NCBI GenBank assembly: GCA_964016885.1
Contig: OZ024740.1
Span: 139,500,001-139,564,000 of the forward strand
DNA from: Eledone cirrhosa
Lineage: Eukaryota
DNA: 64,000 bases
Direction: 5' to 3'
Part shown: positions 13,503-26,953 of the stretch, in pieces
How the letters are laid out: every line of letters begins with the position of its first letter
Position numbering within the stretch: position 1 is the stretch's first letter
Position numbers and translations under genes: made by a program
The notes under the pieces: generated by a model
Database searches by the model: none
Told to the model about the DNA's origin: nothing
The model's input: the letters and a program-made list of their open reading frames with translations, nothing else

Positions 13503-15370
13503 TATATATATATAAATTCAAAGTATAAAAGGGAAAACATTCACACGGCACTGATGCGTGGCGATGAGAAGACAAAGAGGTAGAGAAGAATTTATCAACA
13601 CTGCTTTCAGAAATTACCAACGACATTTTACAAACTGTACATACTAACATATTCACCCTACCATCTCAAATATAAGAAATATTCGTTTTATTACATGAGA
13701 AATCCTTTGGTTGTGAAGTCTTCAAATGCCAAAGATCTTATCACTTAATTAATAAAACGACTCCTCCCTCCTGAGAAAATCACGGTTATATATATATTTT
13801 TTTTTTGCTGAACAAGGACTACCGTATATCATCTCTATGGTAGTCTGTCTATCTTCGCTATGTATGTATGTATGTATGTATGTATGTATGTATGTATGTA
13901 TGTATGTATGTATGTATGTATGTATGTATGTATGTGTGTGTGTGTATGTATGTGTGTGTGTGTGTGTATGCATGTATGTATGCATATATGTATGCATGCA
14001 TGTGTGTATGTATGCATGCGTATGTGTATATGTGTGTGTATATATATACATACATATTTCGTGGATTCACTGTCGGTTTCGACGATGAGTTTTTAGTTAT
14101 TTGATCAACTGAACTCCCAGCATATGAATGTATATAACCGTGTATGCGGTTGAGTATTTCACTGGCACGTGTAACCTTTATCTAACGTTGCTCAATTCGA
14201 TTCAGCTAGTTAAAATAAGTTGCATGGCCGACTGCTGTTCTAACACGAAACACAGCCCGGGTTCGTGTCGTGGTGAAGAAATGCCTAAGTACAAACCCTT
14301 GTTCAGTCATGACCGAGTAGTTAGAGTTTATCTCATACACACAAGTACTAGCATATATGTCTGGGTGTGTGATTCTCTCTCTGTTTCTCTCTCTCTCCCT
14401 TTCTCTCTCTCTCTCTATCTCTCTCTCCCTCTCTCACTCTCTCTGTGTGTCTGTGTGTGTGTTATCTTGGTTTGAGTTCTTTAGATTTCTCGAATAAAAG
14501 AAAAGACATACGTCTTCATCATTGAACCTCGAGTAACAACCTTTGTTAGTGTTGTTGTTTAACCCCAGGTGATCCGTCACTCAACATACCATAAATTTGG
14601 ACAGTCCCGCTATGACCATCCTATTTTATTAATTTATTTTTTGTTTAATGGTTGAACAGTTTGGCATTCTAAATATACATTTGTATGTGTGTATGTACGT
14701 ACACATCTATGTACGTATGCATGTATGTATATATGTATGTGTGTATATATGTATGTATACATGTGCATGTATCTGAGTATGTATGTATAGATTTATATAT
14801 GCATATATCTCCGTATATATGTATACATGCATATATGTATGTATGTGTATATATCTCTATATATATTTATGTGTGTGTGTGTATGTATGTGTGTATGCAG
14901 ATACAAATCTATAACTATATTATCCAATATGTCATTCATTTATTTAAATTGTAATGGGTGTTTTGGGGTCCAGCGATAGAGGTTAAGTAGAGTCACATGT
15001 TTAAGATGTTTTGTTTTATTTTTGTTTTTACGTTTTTTGTTTTTAATATTTTCTGAATAGACTTACTGTCTCACACACAGCGTCTGGAATGTTTGGTTTA
15101 TTTCCATTTAGCATTCCATTCATAGACTGGACCAGTAGTGCACAAAATATCCGCGCCTTCTATCAAATTTATAAGACTTCAGTCTTTCATACCTCAGTGC
15201 CTGGGCCTTGGTACACGAGTATTGATGAAGTGTTGACGACACTGAAATACATGTAGGCACCACTCTTGCCCCACAATTCAAGTAGTTACGGTATTATCAC
15301 AGCATGAAATGTTCACAGAGAAACTAGATGTATGTGTCTTATAGATATATGAGTCTATAATCGCCTTTAT

Positions 15371-15435
<65 letters not shown>

Positions 15436-15437
<2 letters not shown>

Positions 15438-15621
15438 AAACATTCAGGACCGCAACGGCTGAGCTCCGGTCGTTTCAACAGCTAGATCCGACCTAGCTGT
15501 TGAAACGGCCGGAGCTCATCCGTTGGGGTCCTGAATTTGTTCATATTACCCAATCTACTACTTCAAGTATCGAGTACTCTGGTGAGTAATGGTCTAACTG
15601 GTTTTACCTCCTACAATCTGA
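15436..15621 (+). mobile_element. (TA)n-flanked fold-back element (about 44-bp arms)
   Basis: 15442-15485 is inverted at 15493-15536 around a 7-nt loop. A relative lies at 2560-2690. Confidence 0.7.
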
Positions 15622-15627
15622 TATATA

Positions 15628-15662
<35 letters not shown>

Positions 15663-16019
15663 CTTTGTGAACCACGCTATGTTCGTATCTTAACAACTTA
15701 ATACAAAACAGTCAATCTCTCTATATATATATATGTAAATTAGGTTTCAACAAATATAGTTTACTTACAAAATCTAATAAGATTTCAAGATGTCTGAGCG
15801 TAGGTGAGCAAGTACTGACAAAGATTTAACGACAATAAAACACATGAATACTGTTCTTCTAGCCCTGTTCTGAGAATGTTGTGATCATATCACAGCTTAA
15901 AATACTCACTACAAGATTAAATGTATGTCTATACACAAACATGTCGTACATGGCTCCATATACGTTATATTATATGTTTCTGTAAATTTCAAGATTAAAA
16001 TAGAAACACCCAGTTACAT

Positions 16020-16598
16020 TTTGGATCTTCGTCGGTTTCGACGACGTGTGTTGTTCGATCACAAACCGGCCTTCTTCTTCTTGGAGGGTCATGGGGAAGG
16101 ATTCCTCAAGTACCATTTTCCAGCAGACCCTTCAGAAGCAACTGTCTCCAATTTATCCGGATTGATATTGACTGCCTGTATTCGCGATCGTATTCTTTCT
16201 GTCATTGTCATGATTATAGCTAAGGTTTGGCACGAATAACGAATTGAAGATAGTGATTTTGGCTTTTACACCAACCTCCCTTTTTCTGGCGACCGTGTGC
16301 TAAAGCTGGCGCATTACTGCATCAGCCCCTGCAATTTTTGCACTTAATTCACACCCTGCCTTCCACCACTCGTGAAAACGGCCCCGAGATACATGATCTT
16401 CTCCACCTGCATCTGTATAACTCCACTCATATGTATAGTCCACTGCGTTGGAGCAAAACCGGCCGCTTGTGAAATTAACTTGCGAATAGTTGAGCATCCC
16501 ACAGACATACACCCTTCATGTAGCTCTCCAGAAAGTTCAGAGTGACACACACTGTAACAAGGTTTGTGCGTCCTAATCACCAAGACACGAGCTTACAC
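16020..16598 (-). mobile_element. Decayed RTE-clade LINE fragment
   Basis: YLGAVFTSGGR and ELSAKIAGADAVMRQL remnants; resembles 62700-63310. Confidence 0.6.
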
Positions 16599-16600
16599 TG

Positions 16601-16663
<63 letters not shown>

Positions 16664-16908
16664 TTATCTATCTATCAATCTAGCTGTCGTCTGTTCTACA
16701 GTGTGGATGTAATTCACTTCGCGCAGAAGTTTTGTTCAAATTTATTGCGGAAATTTTGTGAGTTCAAATTTAATTTTGATACAATTGTGTAGCTTGACCC
16801 CCCGTCTGAACTGTCAGGCGGTGGGTCAGCTCATCTTTACCCCTCCTAGAGGTGAAAAACCTGTTTTAAAAAAATTTGTGGCAAAAAAGTTTCAATCGTC
16901 TAACAGAA

Positions 16909-18857
16909 ATGTTAAATGCAGCGAACGAAAATAGTGGTGGGGGGACAGCGGTAAGAGTTGTAAGCTCGCACGCTTTAGTCCCCACTTCCTTCCCAACTAA
17001 CGTCATAGAGAAGGAAGGAAAAATTAAAATAAAAACAGACGAATTTGCGGAGAAAAAAAATGACGAAAACACAAATCTGGACATGGATTCCAACAACGAA
17101 AAAAAAAATTTGAAAAATTGCATGACAATACTAATAACACAAACAAAGACACAACAAACACAAAAATAACATTTGAAAATAACACCATAACAGAAAGCAA
17201 AGCAGACGACAAGATTTCATTTGCACAGAAAACAAAGAAATCTTTGACTTATATACCGGAAAATATTTCAGATGTGGCACGAAGGATCACAGACGCCAAA
17301 CAATACATAAGTGAAGGAGAGAATGGTATTTTATCGGTAAAAATGCCTCAAGAATTCACCAAAGACATTGAAAGCCGAACGGTCAAGTTTCGGACCATCA
17401 ACAACAGTACAAAAAAACATGAACAGCCTTCTCAAGCAGATATCAAAACAGTACTCACAGAAGTACTTAATGAAACCACTTTCATAAGAAAAGACAGACT
17501 GTATGTAAGCCTAGCAATTATCATGAAGAACGAATTGGCGGCAAAAAAATGTGCTTTGTCACCGATTCGTTCGAAAAATTTTACCTTTTATCCATCTTAT
17601 ACGGGTAAAAGAACTCAACGCATATGGCTGGATGCAATGATGCCAGATGTGGACTACTGCTGGCTCATAGCTGGCTTCATCGATCCAGTGAATGACAACG
17701 TGATTTCCATTGGGAAAACCACAGGCAATGCGTTCAGTGGAACAGGTATAGAGCTGGTAGTGCAAATGAAGCCTGAACGCATCGCCCAAATACCCGACAG
17801 AATCCTATTAGAGGACCACGGGTATATAAACATTAGCGTGGAGGGGAGAAGGCCGTCCTGCCATATCTGTGCAGGCAGAGGGCACCTGAAGGCCGCTTGT
17901 CCCCAACTCAACAAAAAGAAAACCCTGCTACCAACACCAGCTCCACCACCACCACCACCACCACAACAGATAAACAAACAACAAAACTCAGTCCCACCCA
18001 ACCCGTCCCTCAGTAAAACCACACCACCACCACAACACAAACAGTCACAACACATTACCCCAAAACAAAATACAGGCCCACCCAACCTCTCACTCAATAA
18101 AACAACACAACCACCGCAGACACAACACACAACACAGTCTAACATAGTGACATCCATCTCCCCCATAAAGAAAACCAACACGGAAACATTACCAGCAAAC
18201 ATACCTCTTCCCTCCAACACTGAAGATAACCCAACGAATTCGGAGGAAGAAACGGAGTCCTTCAGACAGATTAAAATGAAAAAAAGAAAACATGTGCAAA
18301 ACACACAAGGCCAAACAACCCCTACCCAAATCTCAACACAATCCAACAAAACAGAAAACACCCCTCCAGCAACAAACAAAACCAAACCTGCCCCTCCCCT
18401 CTTCGAAACACTCACACCATCCGAAAAAAAGACATTACACTATACTTACATCAACAGAAACAATAATAAATTAAATGAACTCATATACAATAATCCTTCG
18501 GTACAAACCGAAGGTGTAAACTTTGTTTCTTCAGAAAACTACCCACATTTAAAATTAATAAAGATCCCAATGAACCTCTACCAAAAACTAAAAAAGGATT
18601 TTAAGGAGGACGTAGGACCACCCTCTGTCAAACCCATAAACCGCGTCCTACTAAAAAGCTTTCCCCTCCCCTGCCCCTCCCCAACACAACTCCAAACACC
18701 CCAACCCCACCACACACTGACGACCCCACACCACCACAAGACACCCCTTCACCCAATACCCCCGACCCCATGGAAGTCGTGCAAACCGAACCCCGGGAAG
18801 CGGAAAGGTAGGTCTCTACACTCTCCTTTGGCTCTGCCGCCCACGTGGATGTGTTAA
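16909..18857 (+). CDS. LINE ORF1 (zinc knuckle CHICAGRGHLKAAC, Pro/Thr-rich tail); probable frameshift in the A-run near 17100
   Basis: ORF 17118..18857 plus an overlapping upstream ORF with ATG near 16909. GRRPSCHIC is a typical Tx1/L1 ORF1 knuckle context. Confidence 0.7.
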
Positions 18858-21800
18858 GAGTAGGATGTTTGAATGCACGTGGCCTGGGCTCAACTTGGAA
18901 GCAAGCAAAGCTTCTAAATGACCTCAGGTCATGTAGTATAAATGTAATGGTTATCTGTGAGACTCGAATCAGCGTCGTGCGGCAGCTGGCCCCCACCTTC
19001 GATGACTTTGTGGTGCATGCATCTCTCTGTCAACCTGGAGGTGGGGGTGGGGTTGTCGTACTGCTGCAAAAACACCTGGGTCTTGCCGTACAGGTTGTGC
19101 ACTCGGACCCGGAGGGTCGTTTGTTGGTGCTAGACGTTGGCAGTAGTGAAAGTGCGGCCTTGAGACTGGTCGCCGTCTACTCCCCTTTCGGAGCTGAATG
19201 GCCCGACTTCTTCCAGCGTTTGGAGACTTTTCTGGGAACGTCGCATTCCCTGCTTCTAGCGGGGGATTGGAATGACATCCTAGATGCACGTTGGGACTAT
19301 GCAGGAGCATGTCCTAATAGAGGTGGGTGTAACAGCCTCAAGGGGTTACTCGACCGTTTTAACTTGGTCGATAGATATCGACTAGATTTTCCAACTGTGC
19401 CTACCTGGACTTGGAGAAACCACAGTGGTCAATCTAGATCGTACTTAGATAGATTCTTAGTTAGAAGTAAGGATAGGGACATATTAAGCTGTCCAGAAAT
19501 GCGCACGGTTGGCTACACGGATCACAAATTAGTGACCTGCGTAGTCAATCTCGAGAAAACACATAAACAGGGTCCCGGTTACTGGAAACTTAATTTGTCT
19601 TTACCGGCAAAAGAGACTTACAGAAACCGGATTAGCAGATTAGTTAAGGAGAGGTTGACGGGTGCAATCGTCAACAACCGATGGTGGGCATCTCTCAAAA
19701 GAGAGATTAGAACAGAATCAATAAGTTATAGCAAGATGTTAGCTGCCGATAGGAATAGAAACGAGAAAGAATTAACAGGTAAATTAGAAGAGGCAATCAA
19801 GAGCGAAGATGTGGCCAGAGTGCTGGCATCGAGGACGGCCTTGAACCAGTTTTTCGATGCAAAGCACGAAGGCTGCGTCATTCGAAGTAAAATACGTGCT
19901 CTAGGTAATGAGGGGGCCAAAGCCGTTGGCTGGGCCCGCGTGACAGAAGCTAAGAGTGGAAATCGATCCACCATCCGGCCGTTGCAAGACGAAGATGGAC
20001 GGGTGATCCGGGAGCCTAAGCAGATGTGCGAGGCCTTTCAAAGACACTTTGCCCGATTGTTCGGGGGAGGCGAGGGTCCGGGCGGGGGCGTGGATTTCGG
20101 TCCATACCTCGACGGCCTACCGCGTCTCTCGAGCGAAGAGGCAGAGTCCTGCGAGGGACCAATCTCGGCTGATGAGATCGGAAATGTGCTGAGCCAATGC
20201 AGCAGACGCAAATCTCCAGGTCTCGATGGTATACCTTACGAACTTTATTTAGCAATGCCGGTCTTCTTCTCCGAACTCCTCGAAGCGGTCTACTGCAATT
20301 GGCAGCAGAACGGAAGAATTCCTTGTTCTGTAGCCAAGGGCGTAGTCACGCTGGTGAGGAAGGACGAGAACAAGGGAGATAGTATAAATAATTTTCGGCC
20401 CATAACCCTGCTAAACACAGAGTTAAAGATTTTGGCCAAGATGTTAGCAAAGAGGTTGGCGCTTGTCGTGGGTGGCCTGGTGGGAGATGCGCAGACATGT
20501 GCTATCCCATCCAGGTCCATTCACAATAACCTCCACCTCATGCGATACATCATAGAGAGGGTTGGCAACAAACCCGGCTTCGGTGGGGCCCTGATCAACT
20601 TGGATCAGTCTAAGGCCTTCGATAGGGTCGACCATGGTTACCTGGATGCGGTGCTAGCGGCGGCTGGGTTCGGTCCTGTTTTCAGAGGCTGGATCACTGC
20701 CTTACATAGCAACCACATCTGTTCTAGGATCAAGGTGAACGGCTACCTTTCGAAGCCGTTCGAAATCACACGATCCATTCGACAGGGGTGCCCTCTCTCC
20801 TCCCTTCTGTACGTATTGACTCTCGAGCCTTTACTGAGGAAGTTGGAATTGTTGCAGGGTATCCCCCTGGAACCAGGATTGAGCAAAGCGGTGTCGGCCT
20901 ACGCCGATGACGTAACAGTAATGGTATCGACCGACTCGGAGATCGAGGCGATCGGTACCTTACTGGAGGAGTACGAAAGGTTGTCAGGATCGAAACTGAA
21001 CCGGGAAAAATCCATCGGGCTGCAACTCGGAACGTGGACAGGCAGACCGATGCCTCCTGACAGTGTCGTCGGACACTGGACGGAGGGCCCGATAAAGTTG
21101 CTTGGGGTCTGGTTTGGACCGGACCTCCAGGTGGAAAAAAACTGGAGCGAGGTTACGAACAAGGTGTTTGCACTAACCCAGAAATGGGCCAAATGTAAGC
21201 TGTCCCTAAAAGGCCGGGCGGAGGTGGCGAACATTTACATAGTGTCCGTCACTTACTACCGCCTGACTGTCGTGCCTTGCTCTAAGGAAACACTCACCAC
21301 CATGGAACGCATGCTCTTCCAATTTCTTTGGAAGAAGCGCCCTCCAATGGTGAGAAGATCCATCTGATGCCAACAACCTTCGAAAGGAGGGCTGGGGATG
21401 CCGTGGTTGATGATGCGTAGGCACGCATTAAGGCTACGGCACCTACAGGTATTCCTCACTGGTCAACCGGTGTGGGCTCCGTTCGTGAAACGAGCCTTTC
21501 CGAGACTCGTCTCGCTCACCGAGCTACAGTCCTGGGTCAAGCAAAGATCCGGAAAACTGGGAGACTGGCACACTGAGTGTGCTCAGGCGCTCAGGGCTCT
21601 CTGGCAAGCGGGCCAAGCCATCGGTGGAGAATCTACCTCATCATTCTATAGAGGGCTGGTGGCTAGCAGGGGCGATGACACCCTTGGAGAGTCGCTGGAC
21701 ATGGAAGAAGACGAACTGGCCAGCCTGTTCGGTAGGACTTTCGGCCCAAGACCAATGGACAACTTCCAGAAGTCACTGGCCTGGCAGTGCTACCGGGGGG

Positions 21801-22282
21801 CTCTACCCATTCGAGAGAGGCTCTACAGACACGGGCACCCGGGCAGGGATCCCTCAAAAAAGATTTGCCCTAGATGCATGCGTCACGAAGAAACCGTTGC
21901 GCACGCATTGGTGCAATGTCCGGGCGTGGCTGATCTGTGGGGCTACGCCGAACGACTGCTGTCGTGGGTGGCGCCGATTAAATTGACCGCCGAGTCCGTG
22001 ATGACAATCAAACCGCCTCCCCTCTTCACAAAGGAAGCAAAGGCGGTTTTTCTGTGCGTAATAGCCATGTTGAAAGAGGTTGTTTGGTGGAAACGATTGA
22101 AAGGTCTGAGGTCAGGCAACTTCCTCTCTGGCCATAGTCTGGTCTACTTCTTCCGATATCACTTCGGAAGAAGGATAAGAATGGAGAGAGAGGTGCTTGG
22201 CCACAGGCAGTTTTATGAAAGGTGGGTGATAGTGGCGAGAATGGCTCGTGTAAATGGGCCTTCTCTGTATACCATCCTGTAG
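18845..22282 (+). pseudogene. LINE ORF2 (APE endonuclease, RT, CCHC) with one premature TGA at 21365-21367
   Basis: LNARG, GDWN, SYLDRFL and TDH (APE); SPGLDG, FRPITLLN, DQSKAFDRV, RQGCPLS and YADD (RT); CPRC..ETVAHALVQC. ORF 21398..22282 is in frame. Confidence 0.92.
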
Positions 22283-22521
22283 GTAAAGAAGTAAAGGAGA
22301 GGGGAGCACCTTCTCCATGTGCTCCCCGGGCAAAGGATTGCACACTTTTTCGGGGGTGTGTGCAACCCCCATCACGTCCCCTCCCTTTTGAGGTTATTTT
22401 CGATTATTTTCATGTTACACCCTTTTTACTCGATTATATGTAAACTCCCCCTTTGTATTTGTCCCTTCTTTTTATGCCTTTATGGTAAATAAAGAAATAT
22501 ATCTATCTATCTATCTATCTA

Positions 22522-25376
22522 TGAACGGATTAGCACCTTAGTTAAGTGCCAGTTGACGGGAGCGATCGTCAACAACAGGTGGTGGAGTCTCTCAAGAGAG
22601 CAATTAGAATAGAATCTATAGCATTTAGCAAGGAAGTAGTTTTAGAAAATAACAAAACCGAAAAGGAACTGGTAGCTAAAGTAGAAGAGGCACTTAGGAA
22701 TGGCAGTACAGCTGAGGTGCTAGCGGTAAGAACAGCACTAGACCAGTTCTTCAACGTGAAACACGAAGGTTGTATTGTCAAAAGTAGAACACGTACTCTA
22801 AGAAACGAGTGAGCCAAGGCTGTTAGCTGGGCCCGAGTGGCAGAGGAGAAAAGTGGCAACAAATCCACAATTCGGTTCTTGCAAGACAAAGATGGACGCA
22901 TTCTACTTGAATCCAAGCAGATGTGCACGGCCTTCCAGCAGCATTTTCAACAACTGTTCGGGCAAAGCGGTACGTCATGGGAGGTGATGGACTACAGCTC
23001 CTACCTCGACGGCGTACCACGGATCTCGAGCACGGATGCGGAGAGCTGCGAAAGGCCGATCGCAGTGGGCGAAATAGAAGATGTTCTATGCTGCTGTGGG
23101 AAACGCAAATCACACGGTTTAGATGGTCTACCCTACATAGGCATGCCAGACTTGTTCTCTGGCGTCCTCGAAGTGGTCTACTGCAACTGGCAGCAGAACG
23201 GGAGAATTCCCAGTTCTGCAGGCAAGGGCGTAGTAACGCTGATCAGGAAAGACGAGAACAAGGGGGACGAACTAAGCAACTTTAGGCCCATAACTCTGCT
23301 CAATACAGAGTTAAAGATTTTGGCCAAGGGGTTAGCAGCGACGCTGGCGCTTGTCGTCGAGAACCTGGTAGGGGAAGCGCAAACGTGTACAATCCCGACC
23401 AGGTCCATACACGACAACCTCCACTTCATGCGATACATCATAGAGAGGGTAGGGTATAAACCTGGCTTCGGTGGGGCTCTGATCAATTTAGATCAGTCTA
23501 AGGAATTTCATAGGGTCGACCATCAATACTTGGAAGCGGTTCTCAAGGCGGCCGGCTTCGGTCCCGTCTTCAGAGGCTGGATCGCTGCCATGCACACCAG
23601 CATCTCCTCGGCAGTCAAGGTGAATGGCTACCTATCGGAGCCATTCCAAATCATGCGTTCCATCCGTTGAGAGTGCCCTCTCTCCTCGATTCTGTATGTA
23701 CTGACTCTCGAGCCATTACTGGGGAAGTTGGAGCTGTTGCAGGGCATCCCGTTCGAACCAGGACTGCGGAAAGCAGCGCCGGCCTATGCCGACGATATAA
23801 CCTTAATGGTGTCGAAAACCTCGGACATCGGGGTAATCGGCAACCTATTACAGGAATATGAAACGTTGACAGGAGCAAGACTAAACCAAACAAGTCTGTC
23901 GGTTTGCAACTCGACACATGGAGAGACAAACCCATGCCTCCCGATGGAAGGACCGGTGAAATTACTCAGCGTCTGGTTTGGTCCAGACCTCCAGGTGGAC
24001 AAGAACTAGAACGAGGTCACGACGATGGTGTTTGCACTCACCCAGAAGTGGGCTGAGTGCAAACTCTCCTTGAACGGTCGAGCGGAGATGGCGAACACTT
24101 ACATAGCGTCCGTCATCTACTACGGCTTGACAGTCGTGCCTTGTCCCCTTGAATACCTCACCAAAATGGAACGCCCACTCTTCAAGTTCCTCTGGAAGAA
24201 ACAGGCTCCATTGGTGAGGAGATCCATCTGCTGTCAACACCCTTCTAACGGAGGGCTGGGCATGCCGTGGCTGATGATGCGCAAACACGCGCTGAAGCTA
24301 AGCCATCTCCACGTGTTCCTGACCGGTGAACCGGTGTGGCTGTCGTGTGTGAGACAAGCTCTTCCACAACTCGTCTCCTTAACAGAGCTGCAGTCATGGG
24401 TCAAGCGAAGACCGAAAATGGGGGTCTGGCACCTCGAGTGCCTTCAGGCCTCTACCAAGCAGAAACGGTAATCGGCGGAGACTCCACTTCGACATTCTAT
24501 AGGGGATTAGTGGAGGATAAATGTGACGACGTTCTCGGGGAAATTCTAGGCATCGAGGAAGACGAACTGACCAGTCTGTTCGGGAGTGCTTTCCGTCCAG
24601 GGCTTATGGATAACTTCCAGAGTTCTCTGGCCTGGCAGTGCTACCGAGGAGCGCTACCAGTTCGAGACAAAATCTGACGCCCTGGCAGAGATCCTGCCAA
24701 AAGGACCTGTCCAAGGTGTGAGCAGGACATCGAAACCGTTCTGCACGCAATTGTTCAGTGCCCATGGGTGACCGACCTGTGGAATTATGTCGAACAGCTA
24801 CTATCACGTGTGGGACACATCCAGTTGTCATCCGAGTCCATCGTGAGGATCAACCCGCCGCCTTCATTTAAGAACGAAGGAGAGAAGGTCTTCCTCTGTC
24901 TGGTGACTATGGCGAAAGAGGTAATATGGAGGACGAGGTTAAAAGGACTGAGGGCAAACACCTTTCACTCCAGACAACAACTCATCCCCTTCTTTAAGTA
25001 CCACTTCAGAAGGAAGGTGAGAGTGGAGAGAGAGGTGCTACACCCCAGTAAATTCGCTGAAAGGTGGGTGAATGTGGCGAAAATGGCCCGGGTGAATGGG
25101 CCTTTTCTGTATATGAACCTGTAGCTTGAGGAAGCTAAACAGAGGGAAGACGGGAACACCTACAAAACGTGTTCCTGGTGTTGAGGGTTGTTCTATCCAC
25201 GGGGTGTAAAACAACCCCGCAGTAGCTTTACCCCCCCCCCCCTAATGGGGATTTCAATTGTTTTATTTTTATATAGTTTATTGTTATTTATCATTGTTAA
25301 AGATTTTATGTAAAACCTCCGCCGTCACGCCTTGTAATGTCCCATTTTTGCGTGCTCCTGTGGCAAATAAAGAAAG
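22522..25376 (+). mobile_element. 5'-truncated, diverged Tx1-clade LINE (copy B), multiply disrupted
   Basis: Colinear with copy A from about 19625 onward, with several stops and frameshifts. AATAAA at 25366, then an (ATCT)n tail. Confidence 0.92.
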
Positions 25377-25925
25377 ATATCTATCTATCTATCTACATAT
25401 CTATCTATCTATCTACCTATCTATTTATTTATTCATCTAAATATATACTACATATGAGTGTGTTTGTATGTATGTGCATGTGTATGTATGTGTGTGTTTG
25501 TGTTTGTGTGTATGTATGTGTGTGTATAGGAAGTACGTAAAACGCTGCGGCAATCATCAGTGTCCATTTCTCTTTGTTGGTCATAAAATTTAACATTTAT
25601 TGCTGAAGTGCTATTGTTGAAACGTACATCATTAACGAGCATCGGAGGAGCAAAATGTGGATTTTTGACACTATTTTACGACATTGTTGCCTTCACTAAT
25701 TGTATTAATAGAACCTATTTCTGCCGTAATCATTTTAAAGTATTTCAGATTCCTCTCGCTTCAGATTCTTCTGATAACAGGGTTTTATTGTCATTCTTAG
25801 CACACAGTATTATCTCTTAAAAATTACTGATACGCTATCATTGCTTTCTTTGATAATATATCTTAGTATATATATATATATATATATATATATACGTATG
25901 TGTGTGTGTGTGTGTATATATATAC

Positions 25926-26028
<103 letters not shown>

Positions 26029-26099
26029 ATTATATATATATATATATTATATATATATATATTATATATATATATAACTATATATATATAATAATTATT

Positions 26100-26359
26100 A
26101 TAATGATAAGGAACAAGGATTCAGTGTTGCATCATACCATATTTGATAACATATTACATATTTTTCTCTATCGATCACCTCGAGGCAAGATCCATTATAG
26201 GTCGAACCCGACTCTGTAATCGAAAGGTCGTCAGATATGTTTGGTATATGAGTTCGTGCCTCGATGGATCTTGCCTCGAGCTGATCGATAGACAAAAATA
26301 TGTAATATGTTATCAAATATGGTATGATGCAAAACTGAATCCTTGTTCCTTATCATTAT
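26100..26359. repeat. Fold-back element with about 96-bp arms and a 68-bp spacer, next to (TA)n
   Basis: 26100-26195 is the near-perfect reverse complement of 26264-26359. Confidence 0.9.
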
Positions 26360-26555
26360 CGGTGGATTGGCAGTATCGGTAGAAGGTCGGACGCCATGCT
26401 TTGACTCATAAAGTTACGGCCCTTGCCATCCTGAGTTCAAATCCCGCCGAGGTTAACTTTGCCTTTCTTCCTTACGGGGTCGATAAAATAAAGTACCAGT
26501 AATGCACTGGGATAATTGCTGGCCTTGTGCCAAAGGTAGAAACAATTATAATATT
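26360..26555 (+). mobile_element. S1 SINE
   Basis: Full A/B box, core and GGCCTTGTGCCAAA..TAGAAACAATT tail. Confidence 0.85.
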
Positions 26556-26873
26556 ATACTCTGCTCTGCGCGAGCATCGAGTGCTCAACCGGCATACCGC
26601 CTACGGATGCAATTATCTTGCAACCTTACAACTATATATATATATGTATGGTTGATGGTATATTTCGTCAGTTTCTACATGCTGTCGAAATGTTGGATAA
26701 ATACTCTATTGGGGCCACCGTGAAGAGGCCACTTTCGGTTATTTGTTGGAAATTTCTTCATAAGAGCCTTTATTCTTATAGCTTGGTCTAATTGATTTTT
26801 TATATGGTTAATTATGCTGATTGGGAGAGGAAATGGTATATATTTTATCTAATAATTCTAAAGACATGATTTA

Positions 26874-26926
<53 letters not shown>

Positions 26927-26953
26927 TGGTTACACAACAGTTAGTTCACCATA

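Larger units (their letters stand above)
16682..22498 (+). mobile_element. Near full-length Tx1/L1-clade LINE (copy A) inside (TATC)n
   Basis: ORF1 with a CCHC knuckle; ORF2 with APE, RT and C-terminal CCHC; AATAAA at 22488. (TATC)n on both flanks (16600-16680 and 22499-22521). Confidence 0.93.

Noticed and set aside
21365-21367. In-frame TGA at a Cys position (TGC in copy B) as possible selenocysteine
   Set aside because: A single C>A nonsense change is simpler, and no SECIS was recognised.
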